This document shows positions 7,466-16,061 of a DNA stretch of 35,695 nt, in pieces (within the stretch, counting starts at the first letter, position 1; each line of letters starts with the position of its first letter). The stretch is from a virus (taxonomy: Duplodnaviria; Caudoviricetes). The DNA is taken from the IMG/VR virus record IMGVR_UViG_3300020402_000116, positions 1-35,695 of that record, one strand, 5' to 3'. A program made the translations under genes and the position numbers. The notes beneath the pieces are model-generated. The model was not told the origin of the DNA and ran no database searches. It was given only the letters and a program-made list of their open reading frames with translations.

Positions 7466-8169
7466 ATTGCATCAAAATAATAATCTTGATAATTTTTGCC
7501 TGTTGCTTTATTAAATCTTTTTTCATATAATTTTTGTTTTTCTGAATCTGTTTGATGAGATTTCATACACCACTCTGCAGGTTGTAGTTTTATATTAAAC
7601 CATGGTTGTTTACGTTTAACCGTATCATAAACAAAATATTGTTCACCCTCATTTGGATGTGCGACAATACCCTCTTTATAATAGTAAGGTCTAATTGTGT
7701 TAAAGTTTGTCATATACTCTTCATATACAAACTGAAAATCATATGAATTAAACTTATACAGATTGCCGCTAATAGGCATTTCGTTGTCTTTCCACCATCT
7801 GTCCATAGAAACAAACTGGCCCATTTCTACGGGGTATGTGAGGACTGGTGATGGGTCTTTCTGCCATTGCATATCAATATCCATAATAACAGTTGTATCA
7901 TTTTGACCAGCGTTTATGTAATATGGATTAAAGAAAAATATCTTAGACCAATGTTCGTGTGTGTCTATCATGTCCTCAGACAACTTGATAAAGTTTATAT
8001 CTTTGATACCCAGATCAAACCAACCATAATATGGTTTATCAGTTGCGATATGTATTTTGTAATCTACTTTTAAATTTTCTACAATTGGTGTTAAGAAATC
8101 TTTTGTAAGTTGGTTTATTTCAAATCCTTGAACTTCAGTTCCATATTTCACTAAACATATATTAAGCAT
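7441..8169 (-). CDS. GT-A fold glycosyltransferase (GT8-like phage type)
   Basis: ICLVKYG start, IATD, HWSKIFFF, DxD motif (MDID), GEQYFV. Confidence 0.7.
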   Translation of the reverse strand: MLNICLVKYGTEVQGFEINQLTKDFLTPIVENLKVDYKIHIATDKPYYGWFDLGIKDINFIKLSEDMIDTHEHWSKIFFFNPYYINAGQNDTTVIMDIDMQWQKDPSPVLTYPVEMGQFVSMDRWWKDNEMPISGNLYKFNSYDFQFVYEEYMTNFNTIRPYYYKEGIVAHPNEGEQYFVYDTVKRKQPWFNIKLQPAEWCMKSHQTDSEKQKLYEKRFNKATGKNYQDYYFDAIWTYKANK

Positions 8170-8320
8170 AACTATTCCATACCAATTTAATCAATGCTGT
8201 AAAAAATAAAAATGTTGGTATTGATATACTAGTTTTTAGTGCGAGGATATTTCCTAATTTGAATGACCAAAATATAGTTATCCATAATAAAAGTATATTC
8301 AATAATATTATATTATTCAC
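8162..8320 (-). CDS. Small 2-TM membrane protein (52 aa)
   Basis: Not in track. GTG start; hand translation MNNIILLNILLLWITIFWSFKLGNILALKTSISIPTFLFFTALIKLVWNSYA*. Overlaps both neighbours by a few nt and fills the gap. Confidence 0.55.
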   Translation of the reverse strand: MNNIILLNILLLWITIFWSFKLGNILALKTSISIPTFLFFTALIKLVWNSYA

Positions 8321-8519
8321 TTTTCCACTTTTCCATTTCAATATTGTCGGATTGCATGTTGGCTTGTCTTTCTTTTTCGAGTCTTTCTTTCTTTGCTCTT
8401 CTTGACTCTTTCAATCCGATATCAAGTATTTTTTGATCTTTTTCTATTTCTTCTAAAAAGTCTTTGTTTTTTTCTTTTTCTTTTTTGTAATAGCTTGGAT
8501 GTTTAAATTCAAATGTCAT
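8313..8519 (-). CDS. Hypothetical charged protein
   Basis: ATGA overlap with the upstream gene. K/E-rich helix. Confidence 0.6.
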   Translation of the reverse strand: MTFEFKHPSYYKKEKEKNKDFLEEIEKDQKILDIGLKESRRAKKERLEKERQANMQSDNIEMEKWKSE

Positions 8520-8866
8520 AAGTCTTCTACGTTATTTGGTTGATGCATTTTTACAAAGTACTCTGCATCCACCAATACTAATGGTTTTGATTTATTCCTT
8601 TTTATTACAACTAATGGTTCACCTTTTTTTGCATTACCTTTTGCTTGTTCATAAGCATCCCATACATTTACTTTCTCAACATTTTTACATTCTATGCTAT
8701 ATGGGAATTTGCGTCTGGCATCTCTTGCCATAATTAAATCTTCACCACTTGCTCCCATTGATCTAGATTCAACATCTTCCTCATTAACCATTAAGTGTTC
8801 AATGAGTTGATCTCTAACCCATTGTTGAAGTCTGCGACCCTTTGCTTTCGCTGATTGTGTTTTCAT
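8516..8866 (-). CDS. Holliday-junction-resolvase-like PD-(D/E)XK nuclease
   Basis: SAKAKGR, GEDL, SIECKN, YEQA, PLVVIKRN. Confidence 0.75.
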   Translation of the reverse strand: MKTQSAKAKGRRLQQWVRDQLIEHLMVNEEDVESRSMGASGEDLIMARDARRKFPYSIECKNVEKVNVWDAYEQAKGNAKKGEPLVVIKRNKSKPLVLVDAEYFVKMHQPNNVEDL

Positions 8867-8984
8867 ATCTCGCTACCTTACATATTTCTATTTCATATTG
8901 TCTGCCGTCATAATCCTTTTCAATTCTCGTAAGAGGACCATCTCCCTCATGAATATAACCACAGTTGTTGCAATATTTAGACAT
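8814..8984 (-). CDS. Small Cys/His protein, possible zinc finger (56 aa)
   Basis: Not in track. GGAG SD; MSKYCNNCGYIHEGDGPLTRIEKDYDGRQYEIEICKVARYENTISESKGSQTSTMG*. Confidence 0.6.
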   Translation of the reverse strand: MSKYCNNCGYIHEGDGPLTRIEKDYDGRQYEIEICKVARYENTISESKGSQTSTMG

Positions 8985-9339
8985 CTACTCCAATCATGGT
9001 ATTAAGAGTTTGACCAAATGAAGTTGTTTGTTCTGGTGCCTGTGCCTTTACAAAGATACCATCAACCATTCTACCTTTTCTATGTTTAATATCGTTGTAT
9101 GCTGTCTCTAAACATTCTTCCATTGTTATTTTATTACGTGCCATTATGTTTATCATAACAACTAGCATATCACCCAAATCATCTTTCATATCTTTACCTT
9201 TACATACACTATCACTTAACTCACCAAGTTCTTGTTGTAGTTTTAAGACTTGATCTTTATCTGTGCTACCATCTATTAAGTTTCTATCTTTATGCCATTG
9301 GCAAATTTTTTCTATTAGTGGGTTGTTTTCATATTTCAT
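8977..9339 (-). CDS. MazG-like all-alpha NTP pyrophosphohydrolase
   Basis: KLQQELGEL, DDLGDMLVV, CLETAYNDIKHRKGRMVDGIFVK. Confidence 0.85.
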   Translation of the reverse strand: MKYENNPLIEKICQWHKDRNLIDGSTDKDQVLKLQQELGELSDSVCKGKDMKDDLGDMLVVMINIMARNKITMEECLETAYNDIKHRKGRMVDGIFVKAQAPEQTTSFGQTLNTMIGVDV

Positions 9340-9348
9340 TTTACTCTC

Positions 9349-9579
9349 CTAATGATATGCTTCTAAAAATGTTTCTAATTGGTCGTATCCACCAATATGT
9401 TTATCGTCTATAAAAATTTGTGGCATAGTTCTTGCGTTGGGTACTAACTTTAACATTTCTTGTATATCATGACCCTCTGCTATATTTTTTTCTTCAAACT
9501 CTATACCTTTATTATTTAAAAGTGATTTTGCTTTGACACAATAACCACACATAGGTTTACTCCATACTATCGCTTTCAT
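9349..9579 (-). CDS. grxC: Glutaredoxin
   Basis: CGYC active site, RTMPQIF, IGGY. True start is probably MKAIVW at 9579 (AAGGAG SD) rather than 9645. Confidence 0.9.
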   Translation of the reverse strand: MKAIVWSKPMCGYCVKAKSLLNNKGIEFEEKNIAEGHDIQEMLKLVPNARTMPQIFIDDKHIGGYDQLETFLEAYH

Positions 9580-10219
9580 CTCGCTCCTTTTCTTTGTAGA
9601 AGTAGTTATCGTCATCACCGAATGCCCACTTTCTCTCTTGTTCACATGTAAAGTATCTAGTTGATACTTTAAAATCTGGTCTCTTTAATTCTGCTGGTGT
9701 GCTTGATTGTTCGTACCATAACATTCTATTATTTGGTTGTGCAAAGAATTGGCCATTTTCTAATTTACCAAAATTAAATTGTTTATGTTCTTCTGGCACC
9801 TCTGATAGATTTAAGTTAGTGGTATTTAAATCACTATGACAACTATCGATAGAGAATAGATACTCACCTTTCATACGTCCACCACCTTTTAACATTATAT
9901 CCACATCACAATTTGCTAGTAATACTTTTTTCCAAACTTGTATCTCATAACTAAATGCATCCCATAACTCTAACACATCTAAAGGTAATTGTTCACTTTC
10001 AATTATATCTTTCTTCCACACAAATGCTGACAATGGAAACTTATCAAAACAAGCACCATACTCTGGTAGATATGCTTCAAAGTATAATGCTCGTCCTTGA
10101 ATTGATTTAACTGCTATGATCGTTGCATCAACAAACTCGCCATGACCATCTTCTAAGTCTCGTAAGTATTCTTTTCTTACGTAACATTTAATATGTGGTA
10201 AGTTTGCTACAAAGTTCAT
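9557..10219 (-). CDS. Conserved phage hypothetical protein
   Basis: 220-aa ORF coupled to neighbours. Motifs VRKEYL...HGEF, WDAFSY, NGQFFAQPNNR. No function recognised. Confidence 0.75.
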   Translation of the reverse strand: MNFVANLPHIKCYVRKEYLRDLEDGHGEFVDATIIAVKSIQGRALYFEAYLPEYGACFDKFPLSAFVWKKDIIESEQLPLDVLELWDAFSYEIQVWKKVLLANCDVDIMLKGGGRMKGEYLFSIDSCHSDLNTTNLNLSEVPEEHKQFNFGKLENGQFFAQPNNRMLWYEQSSTPAELKRPDFKVSTRYFTCEQERKWAFGDDDNYFYKEKERDESDSME

Positions 10220-10222
10220 AAG

Positions 10223-10375
10223 CTATTCCTCTTCCTCATCTATATTGTAATCTAAATCAGTAATCTCTTCGCCACAAAATGGACAATACCTTGGTGAGTA
10301 TAAGTCATCATCCATTTCATAAGAAACGGTATAACTTGCATCACAATGATTACACAATATAGTTTTTTTAGCCAT
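10223..10375 (-). CDS. Zinc-ribbon protein (50 aa) with acidic tail
   Basis: Not in track. MAKKTILCNHCDASYTVSYEMDDDLYSPRYCPFCGEEITDLDYNIDEEEE*, with two CxxC pairs. Confidence 0.8.
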   Translation of the reverse strand: MAKKTILCNHCDASYTVSYEMDDDLYSPRYCPFCGEEITDLDYNIDEEEE

Positions 10376-11678
10376 TTACTACCTCATCGGGTCCGTCAAG
10401 TGGCGATGAATATAATGATTCTTCGTCTTCGTCATATGCATCATCCCAATCACCACTCATACCAGCAACTTCATATTCTGTAACTCTGTTTTCAAAGAAG
10501 TTAGTATGGTCAGCTGCATTTAGAATCCACTCCAACCATGGTATAGGATTCTCTTTTACTTTAAAGTTAGTTTTTAGTCCTAGTTGTAAAAGTCTTCTAT
10601 CTGCTATGTATCTGATATATTGTTTTACATCTTTTTTAGGAAGACCTTCTATGTCGCCCATCTTGTAAGCAAGATCAATAAACTTATCCTCTAGTTCTAC
10701 AATCTTTGTTGACATTTCATATATTTTCTTTTTAAAATCATTGTCAACTATTCTAGCGTTCTCCGAACAGTATGCTCTAAACAAATGAGCAATACCTTCA
10801 ACGTGCATAGACTCATCTCTTACAGACCATTCTACAATCTTACCACAACCTTTCATTTTACCAAATCTTTGAAAGTTTAACAACATTATGAATGATGCAA
10901 ATAAAGATACACCTTCATTGAATACAGATTTTGCTAGAGCAAGTCCTAAACCTTTTTTAGTAGTTACATCTGAATCCATCATGTAATCTACTTTGTCGGC
11001 CATTTCTTTGTATTCTAAAAAAGCATGAAACTCTTCGTCTGGTAATCCAAGAGTTTCATTTAATAGTGCGTATGCTCTTTGGTGTATACCTTCTCTGCTT
11101 GCAAACGAACCAAGCATATTTCTTACTTCGTTATTTTTAAATTTAGGGATAAATTGATCGTAATAGTTTTGACCTACTGCTACGTCTGATTGAGTAAATA
11201 ATCTTAAAACGTTAGTAACAAAATCTTTTTCGGTAGCTGTCATACGTCCACCTTTCCAATCTGTTACGTCCTCAGATAAATCAACTTCGTCCTCAATCCA
11301 ATGAACCTTTTCGTGTTTGACTACCATATCGACCGCCCACGGAAAATAGAAAGGTTTGTATGCTTCACTAAATCTAGTTAAACTACCACCTCGTCTTTTT
11401 AAAATCTTTTCTGAATTTTCTAACAGTCCAGCATATCCACCAATACGTTCTCCATTAACAAAAATCTGTGGTACAGAAGCAACTAATCTTACATCTTGTT
11501 TTGCAGATTCGCTTCTCTGTAATTGTTCTTGCGTATCATTTACTCTTTGATAGAATTCTAATTTTTCTTCCTCTGAAGCCAATTGATGTTCAACATAATC
11601 AATACCATGTTCATTAAACCAATTCTTTGCCTGTACACAATAACCACAGGTAGGTGTCGTATAAATTTGTACGTCCAT
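10368..11678 (-). CDS. nrdB: Ribonucleotide reductase class Ia beta subunit with N-terminal glutaredoxin fusion
   Basis: N-terminal TCGYC / VPQIF / IGGY glutaredoxin. Di-iron ligands and radical Tyr in FTQSD, REGIHQRAY, NEG, RDESMH. NFFE...Y tail. Confidence 0.95.
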   Translation of the reverse strand: MDVQIYTTPTCGYCVQAKNWFNEHGIDYVEHQLASEEEKLEFYQRVNDTQEQLQRSESAKQDVRLVASVPQIFVNGERIGGYAGLLENSEKILKRRGGSLTRFSEAYKPFYFPWAVDMVVKHEKVHWIEDEVDLSEDVTDWKGGRMTATEKDFVTNVLRLFTQSDVAVGQNYYDQFIPKFKNNEVRNMLGSFASREGIHQRAYALLNETLGLPDEEFHAFLEYKEMADKVDYMMDSDVTTKKGLGLALAKSVFNEGVSLFASFIMLLNFQRFGKMKGCGKIVEWSVRDESMHVEGIAHLFRAYCSENARIVDNDFKKKIYEMSTKIVELEDKFIDLAYKMGDIEGLPKKDVKQYIRYIADRRLLQLGLKTNFKVKENPIPWLEWILNAADHTNFFENRVTEYEVAGMSGDWDDAYDEDEESLYSSPLDGPDEVVNG

Positions 11679-11690
11679 TTGTTTATCCCC

Positions 11691-13451
11691 TTATCCTTGA
11701 CAATTAATACAATCGTCTTCTTCTTTTTTAATATCTTGATAGTCTCTTAATTTATTCAATTCAACTTTTTGACTTACATTCTCAGCTCTGTTAGATACTT
11801 CAGTTCTCAGATAATATAATCCTTTACATTCATTCTCCCATGCTTTAATATGAGTCTTTGTTAAGTATTTCTTCGAAGCACCTGCTGGAAAAAATACGTT
11901 TAAAGATTGTCCTTGACACAAATACTTTTGTCTTTGACCACCAAGTTCCACTAATCTAACTTGGTCTATCTCAACTGCTGTCTTAAACACTTCCTTTTCA
12001 TGATCTGCTAAAAACTGTAAGTGTTGTACAGAACCACCATTAGTGATTATACCTGTCCACACCTCAGACTTATTCATATCATATCCGTCTAAGACTTCGG
12101 CCAGATATTTATTCTTTATTAGATGTGAACCAGCTCTTGTTCTATGCGTATATGCATTTGCTTTGTGTGGTTCAATACTCGGTGAAGTAGAAACTATCAT
12201 TGATGAATTAGCATTAGGTGCTATCGCCAACAAGTGTGCGTTTCTTCTACCTGTACCTTTCATGTCAGGTGCCTCACCTCTTTCTTTTCCTAGTAATAAA
12301 CTTTCTTCAACAGCCTCATGTTGTATATGTTCAAAAATTTCTTTATTAATATCATCTGACTTTTCAAATGGTATTCTATGTTTTTGTAAATATGAATGAT
12401 AACCCATCGCACCAAGACCTAGTGATCTTTCTTGACTTGCAGAATATCTTGCTTTAGATAAATCATCTGGTGCATGATCTATAAAAAATTGTAACACGTT
12501 ATCTAAGAAACGTATTAAGTCTCTTACAATATTTGTATCTTTCCAATCATCATACATCTCAAGGTTTAATGATGATAGACAACAAACTGCTGTTCTTTCT
12601 TCGCTTGTTGCTAAATGAATTTCGTTACATAAATTAGAACCATGTATTTTTAGTCCTAGTTTTTTTTGTGTTTCTGGTAAATACTTATTAGCTGTATCAA
12701 TAAAGTTTACGTATGGTTCACCTGTTCTAAATCTTACTTCTAAAATTTTTTCCCAAAGTTTTCTTGCTGGCATTGTTTCTCTAATCGTACCATCATTAGG
12801 GTCTTTTAGATGCCATTCTTTTCCTTGTTTAACAGCTTGCATAAATTCATTTGTAACGTTTACAGCGTTATGTAAGTTTAAACATTTACGACCAACATCA
12901 CCAGTTGGTATTCTAACAGATAAAAATTCTTCGATATCTGGGTGCGATACATCCATGTAAGCCGCATAAGAACCCTTACGTGTTTTACCTTGTCGATATG
13001 CAATCATGTCAGCATCGACTGTATGTAAAAATGGTATTGGGCCTGGTGCAATATCTGATACTGATCTAACTGCTGACCAATGTCCACCAACTCCACCCCC
13101 TTTAACAGACAACCATCTTAATTCTGCTGTATGATCTATAAGACCTTCTAAACTATCTGGTACAAAAGATAGAAAACAAGAAATGGGTAATGCTTTAATT
13201 TTTTTATTATTAAGTGGTGCATTTGATAATACTGGTGACGCAAACATAAACCAACCCTTAGACGCATAGTCATATATTCTTTGTGCTAGTTTATTATCGC
13301 CATATGAATAAGCTTTAGATGCTCTAGCAAATGCTTGTTGTGGTGAAGTCTCACCTGTTTGACAGTAATAATCTTTTAGTAATTTGTTTGCTTGTTCTGA
13401 TAATAATTTGTCTCTGGCCTCATCTATTTTGATACCCATATATTGTGTCAT
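11691..13451 (-). CDS. nrdA: Ribonucleotide reductase class I alpha subunit (short, no ATP-cone)
   Basis: PISCF, GGGVG, SNLCNE, AIAPNA, QGQSLN, LYYLR and C-terminal CINCQG. Confidence 0.96.
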   Translation of the reverse strand: MTQYMGIKIDEARDKLLSEQANKLLKDYYCQTGETSPQQAFARASKAYSYGDNKLAQRIYDYASKGWFMFASPVLSNAPLNNKKIKALPISCFLSFVPDSLEGLIDHTAELRWLSVKGGGVGGHWSAVRSVSDIAPGPIPFLHTVDADMIAYRQGKTRKGSYAAYMDVSHPDIEEFLSVRIPTGDVGRKCLNLHNAVNVTNEFMQAVKQGKEWHLKDPNDGTIRETMPARKLWEKILEVRFRTGEPYVNFIDTANKYLPETQKKLGLKIHGSNLCNEIHLATSEERTAVCCLSSLNLEMYDDWKDTNIVRDLIRFLDNVLQFFIDHAPDDLSKARYSASQERSLGLGAMGYHSYLQKHRIPFEKSDDINKEIFEHIQHEAVEESLLLGKERGEAPDMKGTGRRNAHLLAIAPNANSSMIVSTSPSIEPHKANAYTHRTRAGSHLIKNKYLAEVLDGYDMNKSEVWTGIITNGGSVQHLQFLADHEKEVFKTAVEIDQVRLVELGGQRQKYLCQGQSLNVFFPAGASKKYLTKTHIKAWENECKGLYYLRTEVSNRAENVSQKVELNKLRDYQDIKKEEDDCINCQG

Positions 13452-13454
13452 TTG

Positions 13455-14456
13455 TTAAACCCTTTTCCATTCACTTAGTTTTGTTCTTGCAAGTAATCCA
13501 TTAAATGTATTACGAGCAATGATGTCTTTAATATCTCTTTCAGTTTTACCTGAAAGAATCATTTCGTTTATATCTTTTTCTTTTATATCACTTGGCCAAA
13601 TAACAACATTGAAGTTACCTTCTATATATGTTTTTACTTGTTTCACTACCTCATTGTTTCTTGGCTCATTATCAGGTATCAAAACAACATCATCACCATT
13701 AACTCTTAAATCAGATTGTGCTGTCGCAATACAATTATCTAAGAACAAACTATCAATAGGACCTTCAACAACATACACTCTTTTAGACCAATCAATATCG
13801 TCTAAACCATATATCTTATTTTTACTCTCATCCACCTTAATAGTTATATATTTTGGATTTTCATTATTCAATGCTCTACCTTGAAAAGCGAACATGTCAC
13901 CCTCCTTAGTATAAAAAGGAATTATAAGTCTTGGGTGATCTTTTTGAATAGATGAAAATTTATTTTCAACAACCGTATTTACCCACTTATAAAACTGTGG
14001 AGCATAAAATATTTTATAATGTTTATTAAAAGGTATATTTCTTTTTAAGACAAATTGTCTCGCTGGATGATTATCTTCTAGTTGAGATACCTTTTTCAAA
14101 CTACGCAACTTAGAGTTGCTATCTTTAAACATTTGTTTTAAGGTTGTGGATAACTTTTCTGCTGGACTTTCTTTGTGTGTTTTATCCTCTCTATATTTTT
14201 CTGTTACAAACTGATTATATAATTTTTCATCTACATGTTTTATTAGTTTAATAGCTGAAGTAGATACGCTACAATTATGACATTTGTAAATATAAGAGTT
14301 ACCTTTAGGAAAGATATATCCTCTTGCCTTTGATTTGTTTTTTTGAGAGTCACCACAATAAGGACATCTAAAATTAAATAAAGAATTAGATTTCTTTTTA
14401 AATAGAGTTAATTGTGGGGATAATAATAGTATATACTTTTGTTCAAGATAATCCAT
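13455..14456 (-). CDS. gp61: T4 gp61-like DNA primase
   Basis: NFRCPYCGDS...ARG...YKCHNC zinc domain, FQGRAL, EGPIDSLFL, DNEPRN, KDIN. Confidence 0.95.
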   Translation of the reverse strand: MDYLEQKYILLLSPQLTLFKKKSNSLFNFRCPYCGDSQKNKSKARGYIFPKGNSYIYKCHNCSVSTSAIKLIKHVDEKLYNQFVTEKYREDKTHKESPAEKLSTTLKQMFKDSNSKLRSLKKVSQLEDNHPARQFVLKRNIPFNKHYKIFYAPQFYKWVNTVVENKFSSIQKDHPRLIIPFYTKEGDMFAFQGRALNNENPKYITIKVDESKNKIYGLDDIDWSKRVYVVEGPIDSLFLDNCIATAQSDLRVNGDDVVLIPDNEPRNNEVVKQVKTYIEGNFNVVIWPSDIKEKDINEMILSGKTERDIKDIIARNTFNGLLARTKLSEWKRV

Positions 14457-14462
14457 GCTGTC

Positions 14463-14491
14463 ATTATATACAGATTAGGCAGTATTGTCAA
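14463..14491 (-). promoter_or_regulatory. Consensus sigma70 (early) promoter for the primase-nrd operon
   Basis: TTGACA-17 nt-TATAAT exact match; the -10 box ends 6 nt before the primase ATG. Confidence 0.9.
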
Positions 14492-15113
14492 GGTCCTTTT
14501 TAATCCAAATGGTATATTTTTTTACTATTTCTTTCCAATTATCTTTAGGTTTACATTGTAAAAAATTTATCAACTTATCATACTCCTCTTGGTCGCAATC
14601 CAATAATCTATCAATTTGTAAAATATGATTAAGTTCGTGTTTAGGATACTCTTTTAATTTTGTAAATTTTTTAACATACCATTTTTTATCATATGGTATG
14701 TTCCAATGTTTACACAACATCTCTATTCTTTTAAAAAACAACAATCCCCATTCACTTAATAATTCTAATTCAGTAAATATTATTTTATGTTTTAGAGAAT
14801 GAATAATATCGTATTCAGGTGTATTTAAAATATTGTGTGTATGTTTATCGTCCTCATTCGTAGAAAGTTTAACCTTATAAATGTGTGTTGATGGTGGTGG
14901 ACAACTTTTTTGAAATAATTTTAAAAAAGAGTCTGTATTAAGTTTTTCTGTTATATGAATATGTTTATTTGGTTCAAGTATTATTTTATGCATACCCATA
15001 AAATCATTATCAAAAATGATATCTGTATCTTCAATCTGACCTGTGTGAAGACCACAGAAATATCTAATGAAATCGCCAAACTCTCCAGCGTTATAGGATA
15101 CACACATGTTCAT
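14475..15113 (-). CDS. Hypothetical protein, possible degenerate sulfotransferase/P-loop fold
   Basis: N-terminal VSYNAGEFGDFIRYF and C-terminal ILQIDRLLD...YDKLINFL. Resembles ORF 16061-16969. Confidence 0.55.
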   Translation of the reverse strand: MNMCVSYNAGEFGDFIRYFCGLHTGQIEDTDIIFDNDFMGMHKIILEPNKHIHITEKLNTDSFLKLFQKSCPPPSTHIYKVKLSTNEDDKHTHNILNTPEYDIIHSLKHKIIFTELELLSEWGLLFFKRIEMLCKHWNIPYDKKWYVKKFTKLKEYPKHELNHILQIDRLLDCDQEEYDKLINFLQCKPKDNWKEIVKKYTIWIKKDLDNTA

Positions 15114-15130
15114 AATATAATTATATATGT

Positions 15131-15577
15131 TTAGGAAACTACAATACTAAAATTCATTAATTTATGTAATGCAAAACCAATTACTATACATCCCCCAATT
15201 AATAACCATCGCCATCTTTCTAATACACCAACTCTATCTTTTAAATCTTTTTTAATTGAGTTGATAGCAACAGTTTGTTCTTCATGTTGTTTTGACATCA
15301 TAGTAGAAAGATCATCTTTTGTATTTTTAATTCTTTCATGTATGATCTCTACATCTTTTTCAAATTCTCTTTTTCTCTCAACGGTATCTTGTTCTTGTCT
15401 AGCGATTGCGTCCTCTTGACTGGCAAGTTTTTCTTCATGAACAGCTAACATTCTATTAATAGAATTAGAAACATCTGTAATTTTTGTGATTGCGTTATCT
15501 AGTCTGCCATGAATCAACTTCATGTCAGCAACTTCTCGCTTAAGAATTTCAACATCTGTAGCTAGTTTATCGGCCAT
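15131..15577 (-). CDS. Coiled-coil protein with C-terminal TM helix
   Basis: Heptad-rich body ending LERWRWLLIGGCIVIGFAL. AGAGGA SD. Confidence 0.75.
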   Translation of the reverse strand: MADKLATDVEILKREVADMKLIHGRLDNAITKITDVSNSINRMLAVHEEKLASQEDAIARQEQDTVERKREFEKDVEIIHERIKNTKDDLSTMMSKQHEEQTVAINSIKKDLKDRVGVLERWRWLLIGGCIVIGFALHKLMNFSIVVS

Positions 15578-15599
15578 TTTTTCCTCTTTACTCTCTAGC

Positions 15600-15607
15600 T
15601 ATTTATT
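15600..15607 (-). promoter_or_regulatory. T4-type late promoter candidate (AATAAATA)
   Basis: NATAAATA upstream of the SD of ORF 15131-15577. Confidence 0.45.
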
Positions 15608-15770
15608 GTTTTGTAGATTCGCTCTTCACCTCTTCTGGTGTCTTCTTACCACCTATCATATCCCAAAAATTATCTAATGCCATTAATTTACTACCTTCTA
15701 GTTTTTTAGGTACCTGACTACAACCAGTTAATAATAATATTACCATTGATGTTAAGAATAAATGTCTCAT
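15603..15770 (-). CDS. Small lipoprotein (55 aa)
   Basis: Not in track. MRHLFLTSMVILLLTGC|SQVPKKLEGSKLMALDNFWDMIGGKKTPEEVKSESTKQ*, with lipobox LTGC. Confidence 0.75.
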   Translation of the reverse strand: MRHLFLTSMVILLLTGCSQVPKKLEGSKLMALDNFWDMIGGKKTPEEVKSESTKQ

Positions 15771-15775
15771 TCCTT

Positions 15776-15804
15776 ATACTACCAGATTTTTACTAAATTG
15801 TCAA
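15776..15804 (-). promoter_or_regulatory. Sigma70-type early promoter for the small lipoprotein
   Basis: TTGACA-17 nt-TAGTAT. Same ccTTGACAat context as the primase promoter. Confidence 0.7.
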
Positions 15805-15806
15805 GG

Positions 15807-16061
15807 TTATTTTTTCTTTAAATTCTTGACTTCTTGTTCGAGTTTGTTGATACGACTCATAAGATAAGGATACTTTTTCATTGCTCTTTCTTCTTTAGTT
15901 GCAATTTCTATATCGTATCTTTTTGCGGCCCATGTATAGAAACCATCTACCTTTGCATAAAACCAAATACCTACTTTAGTTTTCTTAAACCATGCATTTG
16001 TAGATTGGCCTAAGATTGCTGAAGCTGATGCTTTCAGTATGAAAAACCAAATACTAATCAT
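15807..16061 (-). CDS. Hypothetical protein
   Basis: 84 aa, TAATG-coupled. Amphipathic N-terminus and short coiled coil. Confidence 0.7.
   Translation of the reverse strand: MISIWFFILKASASAILGQSTNAWFKKTKVGIWFYAKVDGFYTWAAKRYDIEIATKEERAMKKYPYLMSRINKLEQEVKNLKKK

Noticed and set aside
9580-9645. N-terminal extension of the glutaredoxin in the ORF track
   Set aside because: Lies inside the upstream gene; an AAGGAG SD supports the start at 9579.
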